A stretch of DNA of 64,000 nt. Source: an uncultured archaeon. GTDB lineage: Archaea > Asgardarchaeota > Lokiarchaeia > Sigyniarchaeales > SOKP01. The translations under genes were made by a program, and so were the position numbers. How positions within the stretch are numbered: the first letter of the stretch is position 1; each line of letters begins with the position of its first letter. Under the pieces are notes generated by a model. The model was not told the DNA's origin. It made no database searches and saw only the letters and a list, made by a program, of their open reading frames with translations. Below, piece by piece: positions 48,000 to 56,769 of this stretch. Location of the stretch: assembly GCA_964486045.1 (NCBI GenBank), contig CAZALK010000005.1, positions 128,001-192,000 of the forward strand, given 5' to 3'.

Positions 48000-48027
48000 A
48001 ATATAAAAAAGGGATGAGTTTTTAACC

Positions 48028-49221
48028 ATGGTTAAAACTAAGACTGTTATAATAATACTAGGAATATTTTCGTTAATTGGATTAATTCATGGTATTGCAG
48101 CAGCTTCATTTAATGTTTTTATCACATGGCTACTAATTGGAATATGGTTGATTTTTTCTTTTAAAGTCTTTAAAAATATAAAACGTTATCGATCATTTAA
48201 TTCACCCTATAATACAGCGTTCTTTATAATCGGACCTCTTCTTGTTGGAATTTTCTATTCAATTTGGGGTTATTTTACAGGATTAATGGGAGAAAATTTA
48301 ATAGAAGGTGGTAACTTATACGTGAGCTTCTGGAGTTTAATATTTGGATCTCCCTATGTTGTTTGTGGTTCATTATCTTTATATCGTTGTTTTAAAAAAT
48401 ATACTGTCGTTTATTTTGGTACTAAATCAATTAAAGCTCGCACAATGGGTTATATTTTAAGTATTTCAGTTATATTATTCATCATTGTGTTCTGGGTAAG
48501 TTTTTATTCTGTAGTTGATTTCTATGAGTCTTTATTAATACCTCTACATTTTTCAATAGACCTCAATCTTCTGTTGCTGTTAATTAGCACGATAATAATA
48601 ATGATAGCATCAGGAGTATTAGGAGCTCGAAGTCATTTACCCCAATTAACTAGAGAATACATATCACAGCGTGTTAATAGATTAAATAATCTAACATCAC
48701 CTAAAAGTAGCAATACTCCTAGTAGAAATAGAGAGCGTATTCGTACAACAACTAGATCATCACTTTCTCCTACAACCAGAACTACCACAAAAACCTCCAG
48801 GTCTGTCTCACATTCTTCTAGATCAACACCTACATCACGTAGGCAAACTTTAAGTTCGAGAACCAAAAAAACAACTAAAACAGCAACAAGGAAGCCAAAT
48901 ACAATTGGTCAAAGTTCAATAAATTTGAGAAATCTAGCTATATATAAACCTAAAGCAGCAAATCTTTCAATAGAAGATTTTAAATGCATTTTTTGTTTTA
49001 AATTACCAGAATTCCCTAAAGATAATGGCAGAGGAATAGTTATATGCCCAAATTGTAGGTATCCCGCTCATGCAGATGAATTCAAAGATTGGCTTGATAG
49101 TTCTGGTCTTTGTTCTCGTTGCAATGCCCCAATACCGGCAAGTTATAAAAGAAATCCGAAAATAATTGCGGTTAAAAACTATCTAACGGCGTTTAAGGAT
49201 TACATAAGTAGAAATAAATGA
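48028..49221 (+). CDS. Multi-pass membrane protein with S/T/R-rich linker and C-terminal RING-like finger (putative E3 ligase)
   Basis: About 6 TMs, a low-complexity linker, then CIFC...ICPNCRYPAHADEFKDW...CSRC. Confidence 0.82.
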   Translation: MVKTKTVIIILGIFSLIGLIHGIAAASFNVFITWLLIGIWLIFSFKVFKNIKRYRSFNSPYNTAFFIIGPLLVGIFYSIWGYFTGLMGENLIEGGNLYVSFWSLIFGSPYVVCGSLSLYRCFKKYTVVYFGTKSIKARTMGYILSISVILFIIVFWVSFYSVVDFYESLLIPLHFSIDLNLLLLLISTIIIMIASGVLGARSHLPQLTREYISQRVNRLNNLTSPKSSNTPSRNRERIRTTTRSSLSPTTRTTTKTSRSVSHSSRSTPTSRRQTLSSRTKKTTKTATRKPNTIGQSSINLRNLAIYKPKAANLSIEDFKCIFCFKLPEFPKDNGRGIVICPNCRYPAHADEFKDWLDSSGLCSRCNAPIPASYKRNPKIIAVKNYLTAFKDYISRNK

Positions 49222-49281
49222 TTCAGAAAGAGTTTCTACAGACATCAATCTACATTTCTTTATTCTATGATAAAAAATAAA

Positions 49282-50238
49282 TTATTTTTGATGTACCGCG
49301 CTTTTTAATTCACCTAGTGTAATTTCAACTTCAGAAAATACATTATAAGGATGAATTGATTCATAGCTCTCGATAATGAATGTAATTTTCAAATTATTAT
49401 CTAAATTGGTAAAATCTCTTAAAACAAAGTTTTTTGCCATTTCTCTAATTACATCCTCGGCAAATAAGGGCTTTAAGTGAGCTGTTCTTACCAATTCAGC
49501 TTCATCTGGCCTCTTTAGAATTGACTGAATTTTTCCACTCATAGATTCTTCGATCACATTAATAATGTCTAACACATCAATTTTGTGAATCTCAAGGTCT
49601 TTCATTTCGACGATAATTGTTCCCTTTGAACGTTGATTATGTGAAGCGAAGGGAAGTAAATTAATCAATTTATTAATATCTTCTTGGGAGATTACAATAT
49701 CTTTCCTTGTTTTAATAACTTCTTCTGCGTATTCTTGTGACATTTCCTTTGCACAGGGACAGACCGTCATTCCAACTGCACTAGCTCCTATGAAGTAAGT
49801 AAAATCGATTTCTCCGTTTAATGACCGCTTTGCTTTAACGAGTGAATTAATTTCATATGATTTTTGAATATTTCTCTCATGATTTTCTCTTAATTGAACA
49901 ATTATTTTACCTTCTAATTTTACTTCAGCTTTTGAGGTATATGGATGGCGTTCCAGCAATTTTTTTACAATTCTATCCCCAACTAATTCAATTGTTGGAG
50001 TGGGTTTGTAAATTATTTCGTTTATAACTTCTTCTATTGTTTCTGAAGTTCTTGACATATGAACACCTCTTTGTTCGGCAGGAAGTCCAATATAAGCTGA
50101 AACCTTAGGGTAAAATGAATATTTTTTATTCATTTGAACGATTTCAACTTTTTTCTCCAACTCTACTACTCCTACCTTATCAATGGGGATACTTATTGCC
50201 GAATTAGAATCTTGTAGATCTTTTTTGAATTTATAAAT
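49282..50238 (-). CDS. mptA: GTP cyclohydrolase MptA (FolE2 family), probable ATT start
   Basis: QRGVHMSR, GMTVCPCA, SHNQR, LKRPDE, FAEDVIRE, ESIH. The conserved DLQD...IPIDKVGV lies upstream of the TTG at 50160, and the frame opens at ATT 50238. Confidence 0.9.
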   Translation of the reverse strand: MYKFKKDLQDSNSAISIPIDKVGVVELEKKVEIVQMNKKYSFYPKVSAYIGLPAEQRGVHMSRTSETIEEVINEIIYKPTPTIELVGDRIVKKLLERHPYTSKAEVKLEGKIIVQLRENHERNIQKSYEINSLVKAKRSLNGEIDFTYFIGASAVGMTVCPCAKEMSQEYAEEVIKTRKDIVISQEDINKLINLLPFASHNQRSKGTIIVEMKDLEIHKIDVLDIINVIEESMSGKIQSILKRPDEAELVRTAHLKPLFAEDVIREMAKNFVLRDFTNLDNNLKITFIIESYESIHPYNVFSEVEITLGELKSAVHQK

Positions 50239-50352
50239 CTAGTCTCACCAAAAGTCAGTGTTTTTTTTTTTATGGTCTATTCTTTAAAAAGATGAGATAA
50301 TAATAAAATTATATAACTTACTTTTATAAAAAACAATAACATCAAGATTATT

Positions 50353-51516
50353 ATGCCAAAGAAATCTTTGTTTAGTAAATATGCCTTAATAGGGGATAAT
50401 TTGGAGTTAAAACAAAATGTGAATTTTAATCTTACTCCAGAGGGAAAAATATTGAATCTTCTATATGATGATATGGATTCGGAAATAGATATTTCACCTA
50501 ATGATAGTAATTATTTGATGATTCCTGGATTCATCAATTCTCATATCCACATTGGAGACAGCTTTGCTAAAGAAAAAGGTTTCAACAAAAATTTAAGCGA
50601 GGTTGTTGAACCCCCTGATGGATTAAAGCATGAGTTACTTAGAAATGCAACAAGAGAAATGAAATTAATAGCAATAAAAAATGCAATATTAGAAATGTTA
50701 TCAAATGGAATAACTTGCTTTGTTGATTTTAGAGAAAGAGGATTAGAGGGTATTAACGTGTTAAAAGAAGCATTAAGCAACTCTCCTATTTTTTTTCTAA
50801 TTTTAGGTCGTTTTCGAGATTATGGTGATATTGAATCTATTTTTTCTCATTCGAATGGGATAGGATTGGTTAGTTATGATATCACAACACCGAAGATTAA
50901 AGAAGAATTAAAGATCAATAAAGAAAAATCTAAAAAGATAATAGCTTGTCATTGTGCAGAATTAGTTAGGGATGAATCTTTAATAAAGGAAATATGTGAG
51001 GATGATCTTGTTGATATTATTGTTCACGGAACTCAATTTACAAGAGAAGATTTAGAAGTAATTAAGAAAAAAAAGAAGGTTTTAATTCTCTGTCCTCGAT
51101 GTAATGGATATTTTGGAGTAGGATTTCCTCCTATTAATGAAATTTCAAAGTTGAAAATTCCCATTTCTTTAGGAACAGATAACTTGATGGCTAACAGCAC
51201 TGATTTATTTGAAGAAATGCGGTATCTCTACCGTATTTCAAGAGTATTAGATAATAAACAGTTGATTTCAGCAAAAGAATTGTTAAAAATGGTAACGGTT
51301 AATGCTGCTCGAAATTTTAAACTAGAAGAAGAAATCGGTTCTATATCCGAGAATAAATATGCAAATTTTTTTATGGTTAATTTAGATGAACCAAATTTAT
51401 ATACATCGAATTTAGATTATGAAACTTTGTTACCTTTAATTGTTCAACGATGTAATGCTTCAAATATTAAAAAAACCTACATAAAAGGAGAAATTGTCTT
51501 TGATAGGAGCTATTAA
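50353..51516 (+). CDS. Metal-dependent amidohydrolase/deaminase
   Basis: PGFINSHIHIGDS, DFRE, HCAE, VHG, CPR, LGTDN. Confidence 0.88.
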   Translation: MPKKSLFSKYALIGDNLELKQNVNFNLTPEGKILNLLYDDMDSEIDISPNDSNYLMIPGFINSHIHIGDSFAKEKGFNKNLSEVVEPPDGLKHELLRNATREMKLIAIKNAILEMLSNGITCFVDFRERGLEGINVLKEALSNSPIFFLILGRFRDYGDIESIFSHSNGIGLVSYDITTPKIKEELKINKEKSKKIIACHCAELVRDESLIKEICEDDLVDIIVHGTQFTREDLEVIKKKKKVLILCPRCNGYFGVGFPPINEISKLKIPISLGTDNLMANSTDLFEEMRYLYRISRVLDNKQLISAKELLKMVTVNAARNFKLEEEIGSISENKYANFFMVNLDEPNLYTSNLDYETLLPLIVQRCNASNIKKTYIKGEIVFDRSY

Positions 51517-52171
51517 ACCTTACGTTATTCTGAGTGCAGCAATGAGTATCGATGGAAAAATAGCTTCAAAAACAGGAGACCCTGAATTATCAGATGAAGA
51601 AGACTGGAAAGATGTTCATAAACTTAGAGCTCAAGTAGATGCTATAATGGTGGGGAAAGGAACAATTTTAAAAGACAATCCTAAGTTGCATATAAAATTT
51701 CATGAACATTCAGGATATTATAGGATTGTTGTAGATAGTAATCTTACCATTCCTATTGATTCCAATATCATTTCATTCCAACCCGAAACTTATCCAACTA
51801 TTATCTGTACAACTGAAAATGCCTCCCTTGACCAAATAAGGAAATATGAAGAAAAGGAGATTAAAGTCATACTTGCAGGAAAGGGTGAGAAAGTCGATTT
51901 AAGAAAATTAATGCCACTTCTAAAGACCCTTGAAATAGATACAATATTGTTAGAAGGTGGGGGGAATTTGAATTGGGGTTTTATAGAAAATGATTTAATT
52001 GATGAAATTAGGCTAACTGTTGCTCCTTGGATTGTAGGTGGGAAGGAAGCAACGAGTTTGGTGGAAGGAATTGGGTTCGATAAAATGGAGGACGCTCGAA
52101 AATTTAAGTTACTTGAAGTGAGAAGCAGAAATAATTATGTAGTTTTGAAATACAAAAGGAATTTGCGATGA
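51494..52171 (+). CDS. arfC: 2,5-diamino-6-(ribosylamino)-4(3H)-pyrimidinone 5'-phosphate reductase (archaeal Rib7/RibD-C)
   Basis: AAMSIDGKIA, VHKLRA, DAIMVG.GT..DNPKL, LLEGGG. No deaminase domain. Confidence 0.88.
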   Translation: MSLIGAIKPYVILSAAMSIDGKIASKTGDPELSDEEDWKDVHKLRAQVDAIMVGKGTILKDNPKLHIKFHEHSGYYRIVVDSNLTIPIDSNIISFQPETYPTIICTTENASLDQIRKYEEKEIKVILAGKGEKVDLRKLMPLLKTLEIDTILLEGGGNLNWGFIENDLIDEIRLTVAPWIVGGKEATSLVEGIGFDKMEDARKFKLLEVRSRNNYVVLKYKRNLR

Positions 52172-53268
52172 GTCGAAGAGAAATTGAATCTTTAAAGAAT
52201 TTAACATTAAAAGAATTAAGAGGGAGGGCAAAAAATACCAAATCGCACTTACCTAATGATGAGCGATTTACAATTACTTACTCCAGAAATTTCACACTTT
52301 CATTATCTAATTATTGCCAAAATTTCTGTGGATATTGCTTTTACAATCATAGAATTCCGAAATTAAATGGAGAAGGAAGCATAATACTAATTAGTAATGA
52401 ACAAATGCAAGAAGCAATCCAAAAGGGTATTAGTCATAATTGCAAAGAGGCATTAATAATGTCTGGAGAAAATCCGGATAGTTTTGAGGAAGTTAAAGAT
52501 GAATTAGACAAAAGAGACTGTAGTGATTTTATTGAATATGTAAAAGATATCTCTACATATTTATTAAATTTCAACCTTTTACCTCATACAAATATAGGTG
52601 CGCTTACTTTTGACGAATTGAAACAATTAAAGAACTGTAATGCCAGCATGGGATTGATGCTTGAAAGTACTTGTATGGATCTAATTGAACTAGGGGGTGT
52701 ACATAGACAATCACCAGGTAAAATCCCTTCTATACGAATAGAACATATCAAAAATGCAGGAAAATTAAAAATTCCCTTTACTACAGGATTACTCTTAGGA
52801 ATTGGGGAAACAATTGAGGATAGAATAAAAGATTTATTTCTGATTAAAGAAATTCATGAAGTTTATGACCATATCCAAGAGGTTATAATACAAAATTTTG
52901 TTGATAAACCTGGAATTCCGTATAAACCTAGAACAAGCGTTACAACTGAAGACATCCTTAGAATTGTGGGGTTGGCGAAAATCATTTTTGAAAACGATAT
53001 AGCCATTCAAGTTCCACCCAATCTCATTGCGGGATTTGAGAAAGATTTTATTGAGATGGGTGTAGATGATTTTGGAGGAATCTCACCATTTACTGTAGAT
53101 TATATTAATCCTGAAAAAAATTGGCCCCAAATTAACGATTTAAAAGATATTTGTGATTCAAAAGGGTATATACTCAAAGAAAGGTTGCCAATTTATGATA
53201 AATATATACAAAAAAAGGGATTCTGTCCAGAAGATATTAAAAAGGTCATAGATAATATGAATTATTAA
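52168..53268 (+). CDS. cofG: FO synthase subunit CofG
   Basis: ITYSRN, CQNFCGYC, LLPHTN, SMGLMLE, PFTTGLLLGIGE, HIQEVIIQNF, IQVPPNL, DFGGISP. Confidence 0.93.
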   Translation: MSRREIESLKNLTLKELRGRAKNTKSHLPNDERFTITYSRNFTLSLSNYCQNFCGYCFYNHRIPKLNGEGSIILISNEQMQEAIQKGISHNCKEALIMSGENPDSFEEVKDELDKRDCSDFIEYVKDISTYLLNFNLLPHTNIGALTFDELKQLKNCNASMGLMLESTCMDLIELGGVHRQSPGKIPSIRIEHIKNAGKLKIPFTTGLLLGIGETIEDRIKDLFLIKEIHEVYDHIQEVIIQNFVDKPGIPYKPRTSVTTEDILRIVGLAKIIFENDIAIQVPPNLIAGFEKDFIEMGVDDFGGISPFTVDYINPEKNWPQINDLKDICDSKGYILKERLPIYDKYIQKKGFCPEDIKKVIDNMNY

Positions 53269-53288
53269 CCTTACAAATTGCTTGTTAA

Positions 53289-54404
53289 ATGTTAGAACAG
53301 ATAAACTCAGAGATAAATGTAATCTTAAAAAAATCATTAGAGAATGATGAAATATCAACTGAAGAAGCATTAAAATTGCTACAGGTTCATGGTAAAGAGT
53401 TTATTGCTTTACAATATGTAGCTAATCAAATTTGTTTTGAGAAAAAGAAAGATATTGTAACTTTTGTAATTAATAGGAATATCAACTTTACAAATGTGTG
53501 CTTTCAAGGATGCAAATTCTGTTCATTTAGTCTGCCAACTAATCATCAAGATGCATTTTTACTTTCAATGGAAAAAATTAGAGATAAAGTCACCGAGGCA
53601 AAAAAATTTGATTGTTCTGAGGTTTGCATTCAAGGAGGTATAAATCCTAAATTAAAATTCGATTACTATTTAGACATTCTCAAGACGGTTAAAGATGTAG
53701 ATAAAGATATTCATACTCATGCATTTTCCCCACAAGAAATCTATTTTATGTCAAAGTTGTATGACAGTTCAATAGAGAATACATTAAAAGAATTAAAAAA
53801 GGCAGGGTTAGATTCAATACCAGGAACAGCAGCCGAAATTTTGGTTGATGATGTCAGAAAAGTTGTATGCCCTAATAAAATTTCTACTCAACAATGGATA
53901 GATATTATCACTACATCACATAATTTAGGAATTCCAACTACTTCAACTATCATGTATGGTCATATCGAAACACTTAGAGATAGAATTAAACATTTAGAAG
54001 TTTTAAGAGAAATTCAAAAAAAAACAAATAGTTTTTCAGAGTTCGTGCTTTTACCTTTTGTTAAAGAAAATCCTATTTTATCCAGATTGGAAGACCATCC
54101 TTTAAATCCTAGTTATGGGATGGCTGATTTAAAATTATTTTGCGTATCTCGAATATTTTTGAATAATTATATTAATAATATTCAATGTTCATGGCCAAAA
54201 TTAGGGCCAAAATTCTCACAAGTCTCTTTAAATTATGGAGTAAACGATTTCGGCGGCACATTATTTGAAGAAAACATTTCTAGAAGTGCTGGAGCTGAGT
54301 TTGGTCAATTTCTATCTTCGGAAGAAATCGTAAAGATAATAAGAGCGGCTGGAAAGCGCCCTGCTCGAAGAGATACTTTGTATAATATAATAAAGTATTG
54401 TTAA
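53289..54404 (+). CDS. cofH: FO synthase subunit CofH
   Basis: VTFVINRNINFTNVCFQGCKFCSF, QGG, HAFSPQE, PGTAAEIL, TIMYGH, NIQCSW, NDFGGTL.EENISR. Confidence 0.92.
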   Translation: MLEQINSEINVILKKSLENDEISTEEALKLLQVHGKEFIALQYVANQICFEKKKDIVTFVINRNINFTNVCFQGCKFCSFSLPTNHQDAFLLSMEKIRDKVTEAKKFDCSEVCIQGGINPKLKFDYYLDILKTVKDVDKDIHTHAFSPQEIYFMSKLYDSSIENTLKELKKAGLDSIPGTAAEILVDDVRKVVCPNKISTQQWIDIITTSHNLGIPTTSTIMYGHIETLRDRIKHLEVLREIQKKTNSFSEFVLLPFVKENPILSRLEDHPLNPSYGMADLKLFCVSRIFLNNYINNIQCSWPKLGPKFSQVSLNYGVNDFGGTLFEENISRSAGAEFGQFLSSEEIVKIIRAAGKRPARRDTLYNIIKYC

Positions 54405-54407
54405 AAA

Positions 54408-56273
54408 TTAAAGACCTTGTAGGTATTCTAAAACATAGCGTTGTGTTATTAGATCAGAATTAACCATACCCAAAACTTTTCCTTGTTGAACAACTGGCAT
54501 CGCAGAAATCTGATACTGCTCGAGTTCACGTACAATATCTAAAATGGAGAAATTTGGGGACACTGAAATAACTTCCTTAGTCATTATCTCTTCAAGGTTG
54601 GCAGCACCTACTCCTTCAGCAGTTGCTTTAGTTATGTCCCAGTCTGTTACAACCCCTACTAGTTTATCTTCAGAAATAACGGCAACTGTTCCGCTATTTT
54701 TTTCAATCATTAAAGCCGCAGCATCTTGTATACTTCGGTTAACATCAATTGTAGGTATTGGAATCATAATATCTTCTGCTGTCCATTCGCTTTCTTTAGC
54801 AGTTAAACGTTGGATACTGATACGCTCAGCTGCTGAGCATGGAAGCATATCAGGGTTTGATGCTAATAAATCGACTAATTCTATCATATTATGATGAATA
54901 ACATCCTCTCGATAATCTTTTCCAGCTCTTAACCTTTGCTTTGAAAGCTCAGCAAACTCTTCAAAATGATCCCCTAATAATTTTTCTACTTTTTTGCTAT
55001 CTCCTAACATTTCTTCAGGTATTTGTAAACGATCTGGAGATTTAATGATGTGTTCTTGAGCAGCAAAGATGACACCACCAGAATTAACTAAATAATCATT
55101 AGCAATCATGACTCCCCTTTCTCTGTATACAATTTGTTCCATTCTGGTTCGAGCCGCTTTTCTATTCGGATCAGGACTATATGTATTAGCACCTTCTACG
55201 ATTAAGGACCACTTACCCATGCGATCAACTGTTATTGAAGGGGATTCAGAAGGGCGTACTCCTAAATAATTAAATATAGGAGCTGCCGGAACCAAACAAA
55301 ATGCCTTCTCAAGAAGTAAATTATTCCGATTAGTTGAAAATTTAGTTGGATGTTTATATCCCTTAGAAAAAATCTCTTTCTGGAAGTAAATGTTAGTTAC
55401 TAAACGATTTTCTTGCCATAAACTAAAAAGATCTTCTGTTGGTAATCCAGATTCATTATACAAATAACCTTCTAAATCGCTTATACCAATAACTTTAGCC
55501 TCAGGGATTCTTTCCTTCAGAATGCGTGCTGCATGAGCACCAACCGCGCCAAATCCTTGAATCAAAATTTTAAGATCGGCTGTTTCCGGAATTTCTAAAT
55601 TGGCAAATTGTGAGAGTACTCTCAATCTTGGCATAATTTCTAGTAAAGTTTGTAGCGCAATTACAACACCCCCCGCTGCCGCTCCAAGTTCATCAATCCG
55701 ATTTCCGCCCATATCAGCCGGTTTAGATACGGCACTATCTAAGCCATTTTCTATTGCGATGGTTTTCATATCGGCATCATTTGTACCTACATCTGGCCCT
55801 GGTACATAAATATCTTTGTATCTATTAATTAAACGCGCAAAACCACGAATAATTTCATTATGATCCTCTGGTGAGAGATTTCGTTCAGCCACTATCCCAG
55901 CTTTCCCACCGCCGTATGGAAGATTAGCTGCTGCGTTTTTTAGAGTCATCCCTCGAGCTAAATTATGTATATCTGAAGGTAATATATCAGGTAGCATTCT
56001 AATTCCACCCATACTCGGTTTTCCCATACTCAAATTATCGACTATTAAATACCCACCAATTTCCAATGGTGATTCTTCATCCCATATACAAGCTACTAGA
56101 TGCGGACCTAATTTATCAGCAACTATTCGTAATCGAGATAATAAATGCTCATCCACATTACTGAACTCTAAATATACCTTCCCTTTATCCCTTTTAAGCC
56201 GAGTCTTAAGAGTAGCTTCCGGTAACCTCTCTTTCAAAAAAGTTTCCATTTTCTTTGGAATCATAATTTCCAA
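54408..56273 (-). CDS. Glu/Leu/Phe/Val dehydrogenase fused to a C-terminal CBS pair
   Basis: GGIR, MTLK, GGGK, GPDVGT, QGFGAVG, EGAN, NSGGV, then CBS motifs GVVTDWDI and AMPVV. Confidence 0.9.
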   Translation of the reverse strand: MEIMIPKKMETFLKERLPEATLKTRLKRDKGKVYLEFSNVDEHLLSRLRIVADKLGPHLVACIWDEESPLEIGGYLIVDNLSMGKPSMGGIRMLPDILPSDIHNLARGMTLKNAAANLPYGGGKAGIVAERNLSPEDHNEIIRGFARLINRYKDIYVPGPDVGTNDADMKTIAIENGLDSAVSKPADMGGNRIDELGAAAGGVVIALQTLLEIMPRLRVLSQFANLEIPETADLKILIQGFGAVGAHAARILKERIPEAKVIGISDLEGYLYNESGLPTEDLFSLWQENRLVTNIYFQKEIFSKGYKHPTKFSTNRNNLLLEKAFCLVPAAPIFNYLGVRPSESPSITVDRMGKWSLIVEGANTYSPDPNRKAARTRMEQIVYRERGVMIANDYLVNSGGVIFAAQEHIIKSPDRLQIPEEMLGDSKKVEKLLGDHFEEFAELSKQRLRAGKDYREDVIHHNMIELVDLLASNPDMLPCSAAERISIQRLTAKESEWTAEDIMIPIPTIDVNRSIQDAAALMIEKNSGTVAVISEDKLVGVVTDWDITKATAEGVGAANLEEIMTKEVISVSPNFSILDIVRELEQYQISAMPVVQQGKVLGMVNSDLITQRYVLEYLQGL

Positions 56274-56419
56274 CCCTTTAAGATATAACTTAGCAATTTC
56301 TTTAAGATTTTATGATTAAATATGTTTTCACTTTTGTTAATTTTACATTAAGACAAATCTAATTTTTTTTATAGGTAAAACCATTTTAATAATTAATTTA
56401 ATTAATTTGAAAATTTGAA

Positions 56420-56752
56420 ATGGTACTATTTATGGCAATAATAAGTATAGCAATTCTTAACGTTAAAGAAGGTAAGATGGAAGAAGCTAAGGAAGTTTTA
56501 AAAAAACTCGTGCCAAATGTTAAAGAATCAGAGCCAGGAACATTAGAATATATCCCCCATACATTCAAATATAACCCAAATTCAATCATATTTTTTGAAA
56601 AGTATGAAGATGAGAGTGCAGCACAAGCACATGTGGCTAATTTACCTAAAAACATGGCCGAATTCGCTCCACTGTTAGATAGAGGAATAGTGACTCTCAC
56701 TATAATTAATGATGAACTAGCTTCCGTAAGAAACATAGAAAAAATAGTGTAA
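56420..56752 (+). CDS. Antibiotic biosynthesis monooxygenase (ABM/YgiN-like) protein
   Basis: VKEGK.EE, EPGTLEY, FFEKYEDESA..AH. Confidence 0.85.
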   Translation: MVLFMAIISIAILNVKEGKMEEAKEVLKKLVPNVKESEPGTLEYIPHTFKYNPNSIIFFEKYEDESAAQAHVANLPKNMAEFAPLLDRGIVTLTIINDELASVRNIEKIV

Positions 56753-56769
56753 TTATTACTTTTTTTTAT

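Noticed and set aside
50236-50250. TAG read-through (pyrrolysine or recoding) upstream of the ATT in mptA
   Set aside because: An in-frame TGA lies two codons further upstream, homology begins after the TAG, and TAG is used as a normal stop elsewhere in the window.
56398-56736. 112-aa minus-strand ORF, and similar short antisense ORFs (e.g. 5422..5748, 13256..13570, 16998..17315, 23509..23934, 35251..35562, 44804..45085, 54544..54894)
   Set aside because: They lie largely or wholly antisense to well-supported genes and have no recognisable motifs.
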